A stretch of 64,000 nucleotides of DNA from Glaucostegus cemiculus (GCA_976551045.1 CDPCPM010000370.1:1426001-1490000); one strand, 5' to 3'. Shown: positions 39,579 to 53,996, counted from the first letter of the stretch. Notes: generated by a model from the letters alone, not told the origin. Program-made: numbers and translations.

Positions 39579-41172
39579 CTACGGAAAGCAGGAAGCGAAA
39601 TCATTACCATTATTGTCCAGTCCGGGATCTGCTTTCTTTCTTGTTTTCTTTTCGTATTATATTCCGCCAATATATACTTCCATTTTTCTGTTCAATTTTC
39701 AGTGTATTTTCTCTGTTAATATAAATAGTATTTTTCAACAATCAATCCCTGTCCTTGCAACAGCTGCTCGTGAATTTGATTTATATCTACAAGTTGTTTA
39801 CTCTATCAATGTGTAGTTCTTGAATATTATGATTCGTTAATCGTCGTGGAGTACCAGTTGATGTTGGTTGTTAGTGCAACACGCACAACATACTGGAGGA
39901 ACTCAGCATTCTGTCTGCACTGCTGATATCCCCCAGTATTTTCTGTGTTCTCCAGATTTCGGCATTTGTATTGTATCTTGTGTCTTGGTTATTCGTGCAC
40001 TGTCCTTGAAAAAGTTGTTTGGAAGTGGTCAATGCTGTTGAAACCCAACGGACGCAGTATAATTTTATCATCAAACAAGCTAAGACGGTTGCTGCGTAAT
40101 ATGCAGGGTCAGAGTAGAGAAAGATATGAGGTAGGGCATTAACAATATGGGGTTATCATAAGTTTTAGAATATTTGTCTCTGTGATTATGTAATTTGGGT
40201 CATGTATTACTTTAATCTATTTTATTAAAATTTCGATGTTGCTGTCGCGAACTTCCGTATCCATTATGAGTATCAATTGTTTGTGTGAGTGTTGTTTTTT
40301 TTTCATGTGGATACATGGTTGCAAGTTTCTGTATCTGCGTGAGCGCGCGTGTGTCCGTGTGTGCGTGTAATTGTCTGTTCGATGGTGTTTATGTGCACTT
40401 TTACGTTCACGTGTGTTTGAGACAGTGAGGCGTTCGTTGTAGCGTCAGTCAGCATTATCTTGTGAGTAATTGAATTACTTGCGTCAATATGTCTGTCGAT
40501 TTGCAATTGTTGTGAGGATGTTGTCGTGCGTTTGTATTGGTGTCCAAGTGTGTGCGTGCATACTTTGTCACTCCAAGCTTTAAGTGCAAATTCGTCTGTA
40601 TTACAATCCTTTCTGCGTGTTATTTTCAGGTTTCAGCGAGTGCGTTAGCGTTTTGATTCAATTTCATGCATTAATGTGTATTAATATTTGTTTTTTGTGT
40701 AAAAGTGTATTTTTGCGGAGCGAGTTGATATTTTAAACGCCTCCATATTTTTGTTGACATATTCCTCATGGTCTGCATTTTGTATGTGTGTGTGCGAGAG
40801 CTGGGCAGAAACAACTAAAGCCAAGCTGGGTACAGACACACGAATAAAATATCTTGGCTCACCTAATATTTGGCCCTTGCTCCATGTTCCTACTTGACCC
40901 TCATACTCATGACCATCTCAATCGTGTAAACACTCCATCACAGACTGAAGTACATGGGATAACTGGAATACTCTCTTCCAGAGACTTCTCAAGTAACGTG
41001 GCCTACTTAGTGTTTTGATATTTTGGTATCAGATTTCGACACCCTATCCTTCTTCTATACATCCTGGCCTGGATACCCTGACATTTATTGATATCACCAA
41101 ATTGGTGGAGGCTTTCTCTGCTCCAAACTTTCAAAAATATTAGAAAAAACTGCTACACACACATACACGCAC

Positions 41173-41309
41173 NNNNNNNNNNNNNNNNNNNNNNNNNNNN
41201 NNNNNNNNNNNNNNNNNNNNNNNNNNNNNNNNNNNNNNNNNNNNNNNNNNNNNNNNNNNNNNNNNNNNNNNNNNNNNNNNNNNNNNNNNNNNNNNNNNNN
41301 NNNNNNNNN
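41173..41309. other. Assembly gap (137 N) next to a CA-rich repeat
   Basis: Direct reading. Confidence 1.
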
Positions 41310-42013
41310 TATATGCCCGGCTATGAAAATGTAAGCCCCCGCCTGGCATGTTCTGCATATTTTACGTGATTGATGCAAAGCTTGAAATTGTTTAGCAAAA
41401 AGGGAATGGACGGCACAACTTGGATGGCCGAAAGGCCTGTTTTGTGCTGTATTGTTCTATGGTTGTATGGCTCCCAAGAACACAGAGTTAGCTTGATATC
41501 TCTCACCATAATCACATCGGGATTATATTTATTCTGATTGCTTCAATGTGTTTACACAAAGGTGGTGGGCACTTGCATTTCAGAACATATGCAATAATCT
41601 AACACCCCTTCCTGTAGAAACGTGTGCAGTTGTCGGAGAGCTGTTGCTCTTTCGTCCCCCTCTTGTGTGGCAGTGTGAATTCCTAATTTTTCTCAGCAAC
41701 GGCACAACCTGCCACGATCAGTGCATGACATCCTCCTACAATTCTGGATAGATGGGGAATAGGGGTAAAGAGGACTCGGAACTCCAGAAGATTGGATGCG
41801 AATCCCTCGAACAGAACACTGGTGTTCAAGTGTGTCTGCGAATTCTACAGTGATGGATTTTAAACATATTTCTGAGCCCTCTGTGCGTTTGAACCCCAGG
41901 TGCGGGTTTCACAAGCTTCCACACCCTCAAGTAAATCGCTGTTGCTTTGGCAATTTTAGAAAACAATCAATTAAGCGATCTTGTGATAACTTCAAGACTG
42001 GAAAGAAAACTTA

Positions 42014-42019
42014 TTTATT
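42014..42019 (-). terminator. Polyadenylation signal of the secretory mu transcript
   Basis: AATAAA on the minus strand about 35 nt after the secretory stop codon. Confidence 0.8.
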
Positions 42020-42054
42020 GTGTATTTTAAAAACTAAATGCGTTTGAGTGATTC

Positions 42055-42452
42055 TCATTGACAAGAATTTAGAGTGTCCATCAGTACAAGAGAAACTTTG
42101 ACGAAGCTCGGTTTACCGCTGGACCGATTGACCGTTCTGGTGATGATCCTCATGGGCAGGGCTTCGTGTCCCACCACACAGGAGAATGAAGCGCCGCTGG
42201 CCCACTGCTCCTTCCCGATGGATAATAGACTGTACATGAAGTAGGGGCTGTTGCCCTTCTCCGCCAGCACTTCAGTGTTCCTGTATTTGTGCGAATCAAC
42301 GTGCTTGTGCTTGTCATCGACCGTCCATCTGACGAATATTCGGCGAGGGGAGAAACCTCTCACAAAGCAAGTGAGGGTTACGGTGGTCTTGGTGGAGACT
42401 TCATCTGTCGGCGGAAATAGGACAGAAACGGACGGTTCCCGCTGGAGTGGAT
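42055..42452 (-). CDS. IGHM: IgM Cmu4 exon plus secretory tailpiece, cluster B, open frame
   Basis: ttccgcag|at. [12 protein letters not shown]...[10 protein letters not shown]...W...[11 protein letters not shown]...[24 protein letters not shown]. Internal donor agc g|gtaaa after 42117 for splicing to TM1. Confidence 0.96.
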
Positions 42453-42719
42453 CTGCGGAAAAAATGAGAGATCGCCTGTAACACCTCGTCTGCCACATCT
42501 CCACATATCGCTCTCTGAAATTCTTGATTGGACCACTGTCACATTCTCTTGTCAATATCCACGAAATTACATTCTATCATTGCTCCGAGGGTGCAGTTTC
42601 TGGAACAACCACAGTGATTATCTGTGTGTTTCGTTCTGGAATATGAACTAAGCCTCTAAGAAGCTAACGTAAAAAAATACGTGCTGCTGGATATCTAAAA
42701 TAAAAAAGAAATATGAAAT

Positions 42720-44330
42720 TCAACATACAGCATAGAACAAGACAATACAATTCCGTTCTTGGTGTGTTGCGAACTCTTTTAACTAATGATACTGAATTAC
42801 TCTCATGAATTCTTTCTAATAATGGTCCATATCCCTCCATTCTCTTCATATTCGTATGCTTGTGTATGAGCCTTTTGGACGCCTTGGTCGTATCTGCCTG
42901 CAGTACAACCCGGGCAGCGAATTGCAGGCACCCACCGTTGTCTGTGTGAAAATCTTGTCTTGCGTATGTCTGTTGAAATTTCTCCCTGTCATCTTCAATC
43001 CATACCTTCTGGTATCAGACACTTCGACCCTGGGAAATTCATGTTGGCTCCCTACTCTATCTATGCCTCACCTAATTTTATACACTTTTGTCGGGTCTCC
43101 ACTCAGCGTCCTCCGCGCCAGCGAAAACAACCCCGCATTACCTCCTCTCTCTGCCCAGCATTTGCATCCTGGTAACCTTCTTCTCCACGCTCTCCATAGC
43201 CTTCCCACAATGGAGCAACCAGAACTGAATGCAATACTCCAGTCGAAACCCAACCAGAGTTTTATAAAGCTGCAACATCACATCCTGAATCTTGAACTCA
43301 GTGCTTTGACTATTGAAACAGAAATGCCATGAGCTTCTTTACCACACTATCAACTTGTTCCAGCACTTTCACGGTGCTATGGACTACAAGATACACCTTT
43401 ACATCAATGATTCGAAGGTTCCTGCCATTAACTATATACTTCAGGATATCATTTGATGCCCGATTTCTAAAACCTAATACTTGGATGGATTAAAAACTGG
43501 CTGCAATTTCGCCGGCAATATGTGCAAAATGGTCAACATCCTGTCGTACTCTTTGCCGCTCAACTGCACAATCGACAACGCCACAAGTCTGTATCACCTA
43601 CAAACTTACTGCGCTGCCCATCCACGTCTTCGTCCATTTCTTTGATAAATATTATAAATAACAGAGTTCTCAGAACTGTCCCTGCGGAAGGTGGTTCGTC
43701 TTTGACCTCCATCCTTAAAAATACCCATAGACCACCACGCCCTGTGTTCTACGCGGACACTATTTCCGAGTCCAAACATTGAACCCTCCGTTTATCCCAT
43801 GCATATCAATCATCTTGATGAGCCGACAATGAGAGACAAATAACTGACAGAAGTCCATATGGACAGCATCGACTGATACATCCGTTACCTTCATCAGCTG
43901 CTCAAAAAGATGAAATAAGTTTGAAATGCAGGGTGTGCCCCGTACAAAGCCACGCTGACTCTCCTGAACTAGGCCATTACTTTCGAAGTGCTCATGAATC
44001 CTACCCATAAGAATCCTCTCCAACAGCTTCCACACCAGCGATGCGAGAGTCGTTGGTCTGTAATTTCCAGGATTAAGCATATTTATCTTCATGGCAAAAA
44101 CAACAACCTTAGCTGATTGGCTGTCCAGCGGACCTCGTCTGTCGTTGGAAATGACTTAAACATCTTGCTCAAAGTTCCAGGAATATCATCACTTGCCTCT
44201 CCCAATAATCTGGCGTGTATGCATCAGGCACTGAAAACCTGCCACGTCAATGTTTTTCAAGAGACACGACACCATTCTTTTATTATACCAAAATGCCCCG
44301 GCATACTCGGATGTTCCACACTGATTTCAT
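42720..44330 (-). mobile_element. Decayed CR1-type LINE (RT region to 3' end) in the Cmu3-Cmu4 intron
   Basis: ORF remnant NPGNYRPTTLASLVWKLLERIL...SQRGFVRG..CISNL...VDAVHMDF. Confidence 0.85.
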
Positions 44331-44879
44331 TATCGCGAAATTTGAGAAAACACCAGGCACGTCAGGCACCATGTGTGCAAAGTGAAGGAGAGAGCTGACG
44401 TTGTAGGGAGAAGACCCTTCCGACAACTGGTAAGGAAGAAGAGGAATCAGCATTAAGTTGCCGAAATAGTAGCGAGGAATTAGTAGGAGCAGGGGATGTT
44501 TCAGTTGGGCATTCACAGAGTAATGATCAAAGAAAGTACAAATAAACAACGACCACGATGATGTGTCTATCTCTGGCCTCATGGACTGTCAAATCGTGTC
44601 CCGTTTCAAACTTGCAGAAAAAAGACACCTAATTTTCCGACTGCGGAGGTTGAAGGTTCCTAGAGTTAATATCGGATTCTCCACCTTCATATGATTTATT
44701 TCAGAAAACGGGTGTCTGCTGGTTCTTTCAGAGCTCCATGTACCACACTGCTCTACCTATCTCAGAAGTGGCCACTTGTGCTGCACATGAAACTGGCTCA
44801 GCTTCTCTCTCAGTCTCTCTCTCTCCATTACAGCTACCTGATCTGCTGGGCGCACCCAACGGACCTGCTGCAGACCATA

Positions 44880-46150
44880 AAATGCTACACATAGGAACAG
44901 GCTCTTCGGTCCACGGTGTTGTGTCGAACTAATTCAACTGGTAATTATCCACTTAACTAAACTTTTCAATTTTGGCGACACGATGTCAATATCCCTCCCA
45001 TTCTCTGCACGTTCAGGTGCCAATCTAAAAGTCTCATAAACCCCTGTATCGTATTCTCCTCCACCAAAACAACAGGAAACGCATTCGTGGCACACATCAC
45101 TCTCCACATTAAAAAAAGTGCGCTGCACAATTCATTTGAACCTACCCTGTCAACCCTTAAATGCGTGCCCTCTGATGTTAGACACTTCCATCCTCGGGGA
45201 CAATAGACAGGCTGTCTACTCCAGCTGTGCCTCTCCATGTCGTAGAAACTTCTATCAGGTATTTCCTCATCCTTCTTCAATCCAGAGAAACCAAGAAAAG
45301 ATTTAACAACCTCTCTTTCTTGTAGATAGCCTCTGCAAAGCAGCATGCTGGTAAAACTCTCCTAAACTCTTTGTAAATGGGGAGATCTGAATAAATTGCA
45401 AAATTCCCGATGTTGCCATCGGAATGTTATGAATCTGCAACATAAACTCCTGACTCTTGATCTCAATGCTCCAAGAATCAAGACAAACTATCATACACCT
45501 TCTTTACCACCCCATCTTTTCTGGTCACACTCAGGGAGCTATCGACATTGACCCTAAGATCCTGCTGTACAACAACGCTGGAAAGGAGACGTTCCAATAA
45601 CTGTGTAAATCTCCGTTTATATTTTATCTTCCAATCTGTGTTACTTCACACTTGGCAGTATTATGGTCCATCTGCCATTTCTCCACCCATATCTGCAATT
45701 AATCAAAATTCCGCTCTATTCTTTGGCACTTTTCCACACGATCCACAGTACAAACTTTGTGCAACATGGAAACTTCCGTAATTACCCATCCGAATTTTCC
45801 TCCAGGTGCTTAGATACAACACAAACAGCAGATATCCCATTCAGATACCCAAGGAACACCACGACTCACGGACCTGCAACCAGACATTTACCTATTGACA
45901 AATACACTCTGTCTTCTTTACGAAGGCAAATCCGAATCCAAATGCAAATCACGGTGGATCTCACGCATCGAAATCCTCTGGATGAACCGACGACGAGGCA
46001 CTATGTCAAACATCTTACTAAAATCAGTGCATAAAACATCCACATTTACACCCTCATTGGTCACCTTCGTCTCTTCCCCGAAACACATAATCGTTAATAA
46101 GATGATATTCGGACAACAAAACCATGCTGACTATCCGGATTTCGGCCATG
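44880..46150 (-). mobile_element. Second decayed CR1-type LINE fragment
   Basis: Same family pattern as 42.7-44.3 kb, more diverged. Confidence 0.6.
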
Positions 46151-46561
46151 CTTTTCCAACGACTAATCAATACTACCCCGAGAAATAACCTCCAGTAGTT
46201 TCGCCACCACTGACGTGAGCCAGTGGCAACATATTCTGCTTAATTCTTTTTTTCATCTTCTGAATTACCTCATTAACACATTTCACCGAACCTCCACGCA
46301 TCTTATCCCCATGGTAACCTTGATCTCACACTATTACCGACATTCAATTTGTCCTCTCCTTCAAATTCCCAACCTTCCGGCAACTTTCCCCGTTGTTTCC
46401 CTCTTCAACATACCTGACGAACACGTTTCCTTGAGCATTGCACACGAACTTCTTTCCACAGGTTTTGCCGAAGTTGCTCACCATTCTCAACTATTTGATT
46501 TTGTAAAACTAAAGAAAAGTGTAACCGTCCAACTCACTATACCCGGTCCACCAGCCCTCAC

Positions 46562-46870
46562 CTTTTTCATTGCGGATTAAAGCCCTCTTCGGAGTGGGCA
46601 TTTCATCGTGACTCACAACGCAATAAAACACATCCCCAATCAGCCAAGCTTTCGTCGAGATGTTCAGGTTGCTGATCACGCTGTCGAGAGCCTGTCCAGG
46701 CCGGAAGGTAATCTCTATTTTCAACTCCTTCATTCCTTTCATCCATGTTACTTGGACACCATAAGGTGCATGAGAGATGACGCAGGTTAAGGTCACGGTC
46801 GCCTCCAGTAAGACCTGTTCTAGTGGTGGTGGCTGAATTTTAATCTCTTCCTCTTCGCAATGGCGAACAT
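46562..46870 (-). CDS. IGHM: IgM Cmu3 exon, cluster B, intact (309 nt)
   Basis: tttcacag|at ... [30 protein letters not shown]...[24 protein letters not shown]...NEK g|gtgag. Confidence 0.95.
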
Positions 46871-47130
46871 CTGTGAAACATAAATGAAAATCAGGGCCGC
46901 TTCATCAACAGGAACAGAAATGGAGATGTTTCTTTTCGGCTCTAAATAGCATAGGATACATTCCTGGTATGGAGTGTTTGGTGTTTAACCACTTTCTCTC
47001 TCTGACCAAAGACTAACACCAAAGGTGGAAGGAGAAGCTGTGCCGTGGGTTGTCCTGCTGTCAGTGAACGTCTACCTTGTACTGTATTGGGCACTTATAG
47101 TGAGATATGAAACAGAAATGAGTCTCTTAC

Positions 47131-47440
47131 CTTGAGTGATGCTGATGTTTCGGCTTTGCATGTCCTCTTTATGAACGACCTGACAGGTGAAGACTGAACC
47201 TGCGAACCACTCTCCGGCTGCGAATGTTACCTGGCTTGTCGCGCAGAATCTCCCGTTCACCTCAAAGGAGGGATAAGTGACGACACCTGAATTCAGCGGC
47301 CGTCCATTCTTCAGCCAGTTTACAGTGAGTTGTGCTGGCCGGAATCGGCCATCGAACACACGGCTGTCCTTTCTTGCTCCTTTTTTCTTCCTCATGGGAA
47401 TTCACAGTGATGATGACGTTTGGAGGAAGCACCACTCGAT
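47131..47440 (-). pseudogene. IGHM: IgM Cmu2 exon, cluster B, with two 1-nt deletions
   Basis: 310 nt. DRVVLPPNVIITVNSHEEEKRSKK / TAVCSMAD / RPAQLTVNWLKNG...FTCQVVH...SRNISITQ occupy three different frames. Donor g|gtaag. Confidence 0.9.
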
Positions 47441-48376
47441 CTTGATGAAAATAAAGAATTAAAATTTCTCTTGAAATGCAACCGATTGTTAAGGAATAAA
47501 GCGATTTGTTTGCAGAGAATTCACTCCGGAAACAAAGAGAAAATTAATTGAACTTTCCTTTCCCTTAAAGTAACTTCTCTCCATTTCAGTTCAGTCATGC
47601 AGCTTGCAACTCACTTCACCGTCATGGACCTATGAAGCTGCAACGCAACTGTTGACCTACCAAGGTGCTTCAAAAAGTGCTGGTAAATGGATGTACTTTA
47701 GTTAAGTATTATATTGTCGGCATGGAAATGATGGGCCGAAGGTTCTCTTCGTTAACTGTACATCCCCCGGTTCATATAATTCTAAGGGTCCCTAGTAGCT
47801 CTTAATAAGGTAGTTTCAACGGCTCACTGTGTTGGCCAGATCATTGATCTGATTTATCGTTGGATGGATAGGATTCTCCCGAATTATTATGGATGTGTCT
47901 GTAATGATATTACACATGCTCACTTTTTGAACTTACTGCCAGAAAAAAAAACAAACAACATGTTTGCTCTTTATCAAACCCGGTCAGTGTCTTACACAAT
48001 TCATGGATCACTTCTCCTAAAATCGCAAGAATTGAGGTCAGTTACTAAATAATCCTGGGTCTCTTATCCATCTGCACTGGAATAAAATTTGACTGTTCTA
48101 TCTTCTATTTCCACTGCTTCTTTAAGGCACATGTCGTTATAACTGTGAACAATGTCCCAGATGCCATATTAATGTTCGCTGTGTGTCCTTCACTTTGCCA
48201 GTTATATGTAAATGACATCTGCGCGTGTTTCACTGAATGGTGTCAGCTCAATCTGCAATAAAAGAGGAAACTTAACGATGCATTAGGTCAAATACGAATA
48301 TTTTTCTTTCGAATTTGAGAAAACCCCACACTCTCTGCAAAACACGCGGCCTTTCTTGAAGTACCCAGACACTCAC

Positions 48377-48613
48377 CGGGCATTTGGACTTCGTTGACTG
48401 TGTCACCGGACTGAACCACACAGTAGATATCGCTGCTCTCCGTTGCTGACTTGCTGACTGTCAATTGGCTGCTGCGGGTGTAAATTCCCTTCCAGGAAAT
48501 AATGATGCCCGACGGAGAGTAGTCTATCGCCAAATATCCGAAGGTGACCGAGTCGGCGGGGCTGGGTTGCTCACAGGAGAGGAGAGGGTAGAGAGTGGGG
48601 GCCGCTGCTGCCG
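48377..48613 (-). pseudogene. IGHM: IgM Cmu1 exon, cluster B, in frame but internally deleted and lacking the B-strand Cys
   Basis: 237 nt. APTLYPLLSCEQPSPADSVTFGYLAIDYSP...SWK/GIYTRSSQLTV...IYCVVQ. Splice sites cttccag| and g|gtgagt are intact. Confidence 0.9.
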
Positions 48614-49829
48614 CTGGAAGAGAAGAGCCATGTCAATTATCTAAACTTGCTATTCTGACTTGCAGGACATTCAAATAAGTGGCCGATTCAAAATATTCTT
48701 ATTCATTTCGCAGTATGTCGTTAAATGAAGTTGTCATAACTGTCTTATGTAAAGTCGCTTCAACATTGACCTGGTCTGATCAGAGCAAGATTATTTCCAC
48801 AACACACAATTGCAAATGCATGAAACGGAAGGCCAAATTCTGCTTGAATTCTAACGGACCTGGAAAGCCCAAATTCCTTGAAAGCAGCACATTGTGAAAT
48901 GTCTCGGAAGGAACAAATCTGACCAGCCCCATAAACAAGATGGAACTGCAAAGAATTTCCGACTACCCGACACAATGGATCTACACAGTGTACTTCAATA
49001 ATGTGCCAAGGATTTCTCAAAACCAGACGAACGCGCAAATTCTCCCGTCTTGAAGCACATTGGTGCAGGTTTCTTGGGATTTCACTGTCGGCAAGTTACA
49101 GTTAAAGTCATACGCCTTTCTGAATTGCTCATACAGCGCTGGGCTTCGAAATGTAACCACTGTTAACTTTACAAGGACAAAATAGTAATGTGTGATGTCC
49201 TGCAGCTATCATTAGAATTGGATTAAGGGTCAAAGTTCCACAACAGCACCATGGTGTGCGTTACAAGCCAATCAGAGGAAAGGGCAGGTGTTAAATACTG
49301 CTGTTATTTTATTTAGAGGTTCATGCAGAAAACGGTCTCCCCTCAACTGCCCAGCCTGGCATCGCCGGACAATAAGGAAAGTTGGAAATTGTGAATAAAC
49401 ATTCAACGAAATGTTTTCTTGTCAACCATCAATCCGCCATCCTCAATTCAGACACAGCATTGCCTATCCACAGGTTGAACTTCGTTTCAAGCTCCGACTA
49501 ATTACAATGGCTTCCTCCGGCTGAATGTCACCAGCTGGGTTATTTCTCGGAGACAACCCAGTCCAAGGGAAAAATCGTCCCCCAATCACAGATAATAATA
49601 AACATACTTGCGATTCAAATTACAGCAAAGTGCCACAGAGGACCATAAAAGGTTGACACCGGGAAACTAGACAGTTTATTCTTCCGTGGTGTAAAGTTGC
49701 GCCCCAACAGGCAGCACAAACCGTGGAAAAAATCGTCAGCTCAACAAAAAGTTCACTGAGAGAACCTTGGATTTCCATTTCTTATCCGAACACCTCAACC
49801 GGCAGAATCTTTCGAAATTAACTGCGATT

Positions 49830-50990
49830 TAGAACATACAATATAGAACATTGCAGCACCGGCCATCCCTTCGGTCCACAATGTTGTGCCGATACTTTTT
49901 CCTGCTAAAAGATCTACCTAACCCTGCCCTTCCACAGAGCCCTCCAGTGGTTATTTCAGTCTTTTAAATATCCCGAATACATTTCACACCACAATCTCTG
50001 CGTGCGTGCGATCCACGCACACAGTAATCTCCGTGTAAAGCTACTTACTTCTGACATCCAATGCGTATCTTCCTCAAATCACCATAAAATTACTTCCAAG
50101 CAGCATCCTGTTAAATCTCTTCTGCCCTCTCTCTAAAGCTTCGTGAAATGAGGTGAGTAAAACTGATCAGAATATTCCAAGCGTGTTCCAACCAGAGTGC
50201 TATACAGGCGCAACATTAATTCTCGGGCTTTTGAGCTCAATGCCCCACATAAGAAGGCCAACACACCGTAAACATTCTTATCTACCCTGTCGACCTGGAC
50301 GGAAAACATGAAGGATATATGGACGTTGACCCAAGGATCCCTCTGTTCCTCCACATTGCTGAGACTCCTGCCATTAATCTTGCATTCTGCTTTCAAATTT
50401 AACTTCCAGAAGTGGATCACTTCACTAGTGACCGGCTTGAACACCATCTGCCACCTCTCAGCCCAGATCTACGATCTATCAATATCCTGTTACAGTTTAT
50501 AGCAACGTCCACACTATCCACATCGCCATCATGCTTTGTATCATCAGCAAAGTTACTAACTCACCCTTCCACAACCTCACCCAACTCATTTATAAAATCA
50601 CAAAGAACAGCGGACACAGGATAGATCCTTGCGGAACACCACAGGCCACCGACCTAGAGGCAGAATACGCTCCATCTTTCACCACTCTTCGTCTTCCGTG
50701 AGCAAGCCAATTCTGAATCCGCATCGCCAGGTTTCTCTGGACCCCAGGCTTGCTGACATAGTGAACGATCTTTCCATGAGGCAGCTTATCAAATGGCTTA
50801 CTAAAACCTATGTTCACCATATCCACGGCTCTGCTTCATCAATGTGATTGGTCACCTACTCAAAGGCTTCAGTCAGGCCAGGAGGCACGAACTGCCCCTC
50901 AGAAAGCTGTGCTGAGTGTCCCAAGTCAACCTGTGATTCTCCAAATGGCCATAAACCATGTCTCTAAGAATCTTCGACAATACTTTTCAT
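49830..50990 (-). mobile_element. Decayed CR1-type LINE in the J-Cmu1 intron
   Basis: ORF remnants FSKPFDKLPHG...IQNWL...GVPQGSILCPLFF and LYSTLVGTRLEY. Confidence 0.85.
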
Positions 50991-53900
50991 AATTTGGTGA
51001 TAAAAGCTCCTTTTGAAATCATGAGGGCAAATCTGGAAATTATGTCAATGTGATCTACTGCGACGCTGTATAACTGAGCGCAGAAGAACAAGGAAATAGA
51101 ATGTCGTCTCGGCATAGATAGCATTAAAGCATTTTTTGGCAGCCATTGATATTTCACACACTGCAATATGATCCTGTCAGTCGGATGAGTGTCAAGAAAA
51201 AGTGAGGCTTGATCTGTTTTCATGGCGAATTAATATTCACGTTGATTCAGTGTTGTACACAACGACATAAATTTTACATCTGTTTCTCCCTGGTGAGTGA
51301 AGTATTACAACACATGAAATAGGAATGCAAGTTCACATTCAAACAAACAATAATTGCATGACTAAATGACTACCTTAGGGACAATATGTCTCAAATAAAA
51401 CATACTTGACTTTATCTTTCACTGTCTGTCTGTCTTCATTCCAAATCAATATTGATGTTTCGGATTTAATTTAATTTCGATTCTTGCGCAGAATATATAT
51501 CGTCTGATCATTCTTCGTGTCGTTACTCCAAATAAGCAGAGATAGGAAGGAAAAGATCGTACTAATTGTGCTGTGGTGCAAGACTGTGATTTTTCTTTCT
51601 ACCAATGTGAGGATCGCGACAATAAAATGGGAGAATCTGGAAATAAATGATCACATTGCTGTCGCTGGAAATTGCCCCAAAATATCCATCGGACCAAGTG
51701 GTCTCGGAGAATGAGTGGAATTTGAATGGAAGCTCCGTTACTTTATGACAAATAAAACATCTTTAGTTCCGTGCATCCCATTATTCACGAGAAAAAGTTG
51801 ACCCTTATTTATGTACTGATAATTATTGCAAGAAAATTAGAGAATGATCGGTGAAAACTTCACAAGAATTTTCCATTCACATTGCTTACCAAGATTTAAT
51901 ACGTGAGAATTAAAGAGAACTCTGTCAATGTCATGCCTGAATAAAAATACATTACTCACCATAACTGTCAGAATCTTAATGCAACAAATGCGTTCTAAGT
52001 TCATGTTACTCCTTCGGAATTAAAGGGATAGGTATCAGTTATGAATATCTTTCTATGTGCCACGATACAATAGGTTGCACTCCAGCTGAATTTAATAACA
52101 ATCAACTGAGAAAAATTGTTGATTGCAGTGACGATTAATTGTGTTTCCTACTGTTTTAAGACCACTTTAGTTTTATAATAATAACTTCCTCACTCAACAG
52201 CAAATGACATATACGACTGACATCGCATCACTGTGAACAAATCATTGTTTTTTTCTATAATTAGCAACTGTAATTTGTTGAAGAGAACCTAGTTTAATTC
52301 GTCGTTTTCACAAGTCGTCTGCCTTCCCTTGGCATGGAGGGACACTAATTTTACGGTTAAAATGCATTTACATTAAATCTACGTTTCTTGCCAGCTGAAT
52401 ACAACACTACTTTAAAGACTGCCCGAAACCTCCATTGTTCCATAATATTCATTCTTTTCAGCGTTCACAGAGTCGGGTTGAAATGTTAACGTGTAAATCA
52501 CACAATAAGGGGAAAGCATTTGCGAATTTCCATAGCATTTCCTCAATGCTAGTCTTCAATTACTATAAGTATGCTTTGATTTTTTAATTATGAACCACTC
52601 ATATGGAGGAACATTTTATGTGTGAAGGGCAATGACTGCCAAAACGAATATATGAAATCCAAATTGTCATTCCGATAAATGGATGCATTAAGAGGAAAAT
52701 ACATTATATTTATGATCCGAAATCTGCTCATTTTCAGGCCAAATTATTTTCAGATCTTTTTAAAATGTGTATTGAAACAGAACATACAGTACACGTCCAG
52801 GATGTTAGGCGGCATCTGCAGAACGAGAAACAGATTTCAACCCGAAGACACTTCGAGGACGAGTTCTTTCAAAGGTTCTTCAAGCAGAACGTGAACTCGG
52901 TTTCTCTTTCCGCACACGCTGCGTGACATGCAGAGTGACTGCAGAATTGACTGGTTTGATATCAGCAATGTGATCTTTAGCATCTACATCTTTTTTTAAT
53001 TTCTCGTTTTAAAACAGATTTCTTGTTTGTCTTTCCTCATTTAATCTAATCCGACGATTCGTGAAACAGCGACAGTCTCTGCCACTCGACTGAAATGTTC
53101 AGAAGAGGCAACCAGAGCTACAGATCTAAAATACACATGATCTCCATCAGAAAAAGAAACGTTGATACCACTGATGGGCTGCCTCACAAAACAGAGCTGT
53201 TCGAATCCATTTCACCATAATCAACATCAAAAAATATCTCCATTCAAAGGCATAAAACTTTTCTCACATTAGATAAACATTGTCAAATTAACCCAACTGT
53301 CAAAAAGGGAACATGGTTAGTTATTACATGGATCGTGTGTAACCGATCGTAATTTTATCGCACAACGGTAATAATGGTTCTCCTTGCTGCTTCTTGGGAA
53401 ATCCAGCTATATTGGTGAAAATTCTTCCAGCGTGCAAACTTTGAACTTCTGTTGCTTTTAATTACAGGAAAATGTCACTTCTACCATTCAAATTTTGCCG
53501 GAGATAAGATCAACAGGCGGCAATGTGATTCTACGAGTTGACACATACATTTCAGAAAACACGGATGTTCTGCCCGCGCCATTTACCCGGCTTTATTTTG
53601 TCTTATGCCCTTTTCCCTCATATAACACCGGCAGAAAAAATGACGTCTGCATTCTGTCAGGAAAATCTGTTATGTCATTCCCAGGTTAATCATTGCAAAT
53701 CGTTGATCAATTTAAAACTGTCAAGCTGTTGAAAACAACCAAGACAAGTATTTTCTTGAGTAAATTAGCATGAAGTGTTATCTGCCACAGAGCCAATGCA
53801 TCAGCAGTACTTGGAATGAGAAAAGAACAAAAATTCGCGAACCTCTCTTTTGCAGAACCATGACTTTGCAAATCAATATCTGTGCCTAATTCCGGAGCTT

Positions 53901-53996
53901 GCAAAACTGACGAACCTGAACGAATTTCTACAATTACCCGGAAAACAGAGTTAAATCCAAAATAGAACAGATGAAGAATAAGGACTCCTTCCTTAA

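Noticed and set aside
42453-42555. N-terminal extensions of the ORF-track entries over Cmu4, Cmu2 and the V exons
   Set aside because: These are intron read-through or out-of-frame sequence; the real boundaries are set by the splice sites.
39311-48613. Assignment of the constant region to IgW or IgNAR
   Set aside because: Four C domains with Cmu-specific motifs ([27 protein letters not shown]...MDT.NSCQ) and the VH type indicate IgM.
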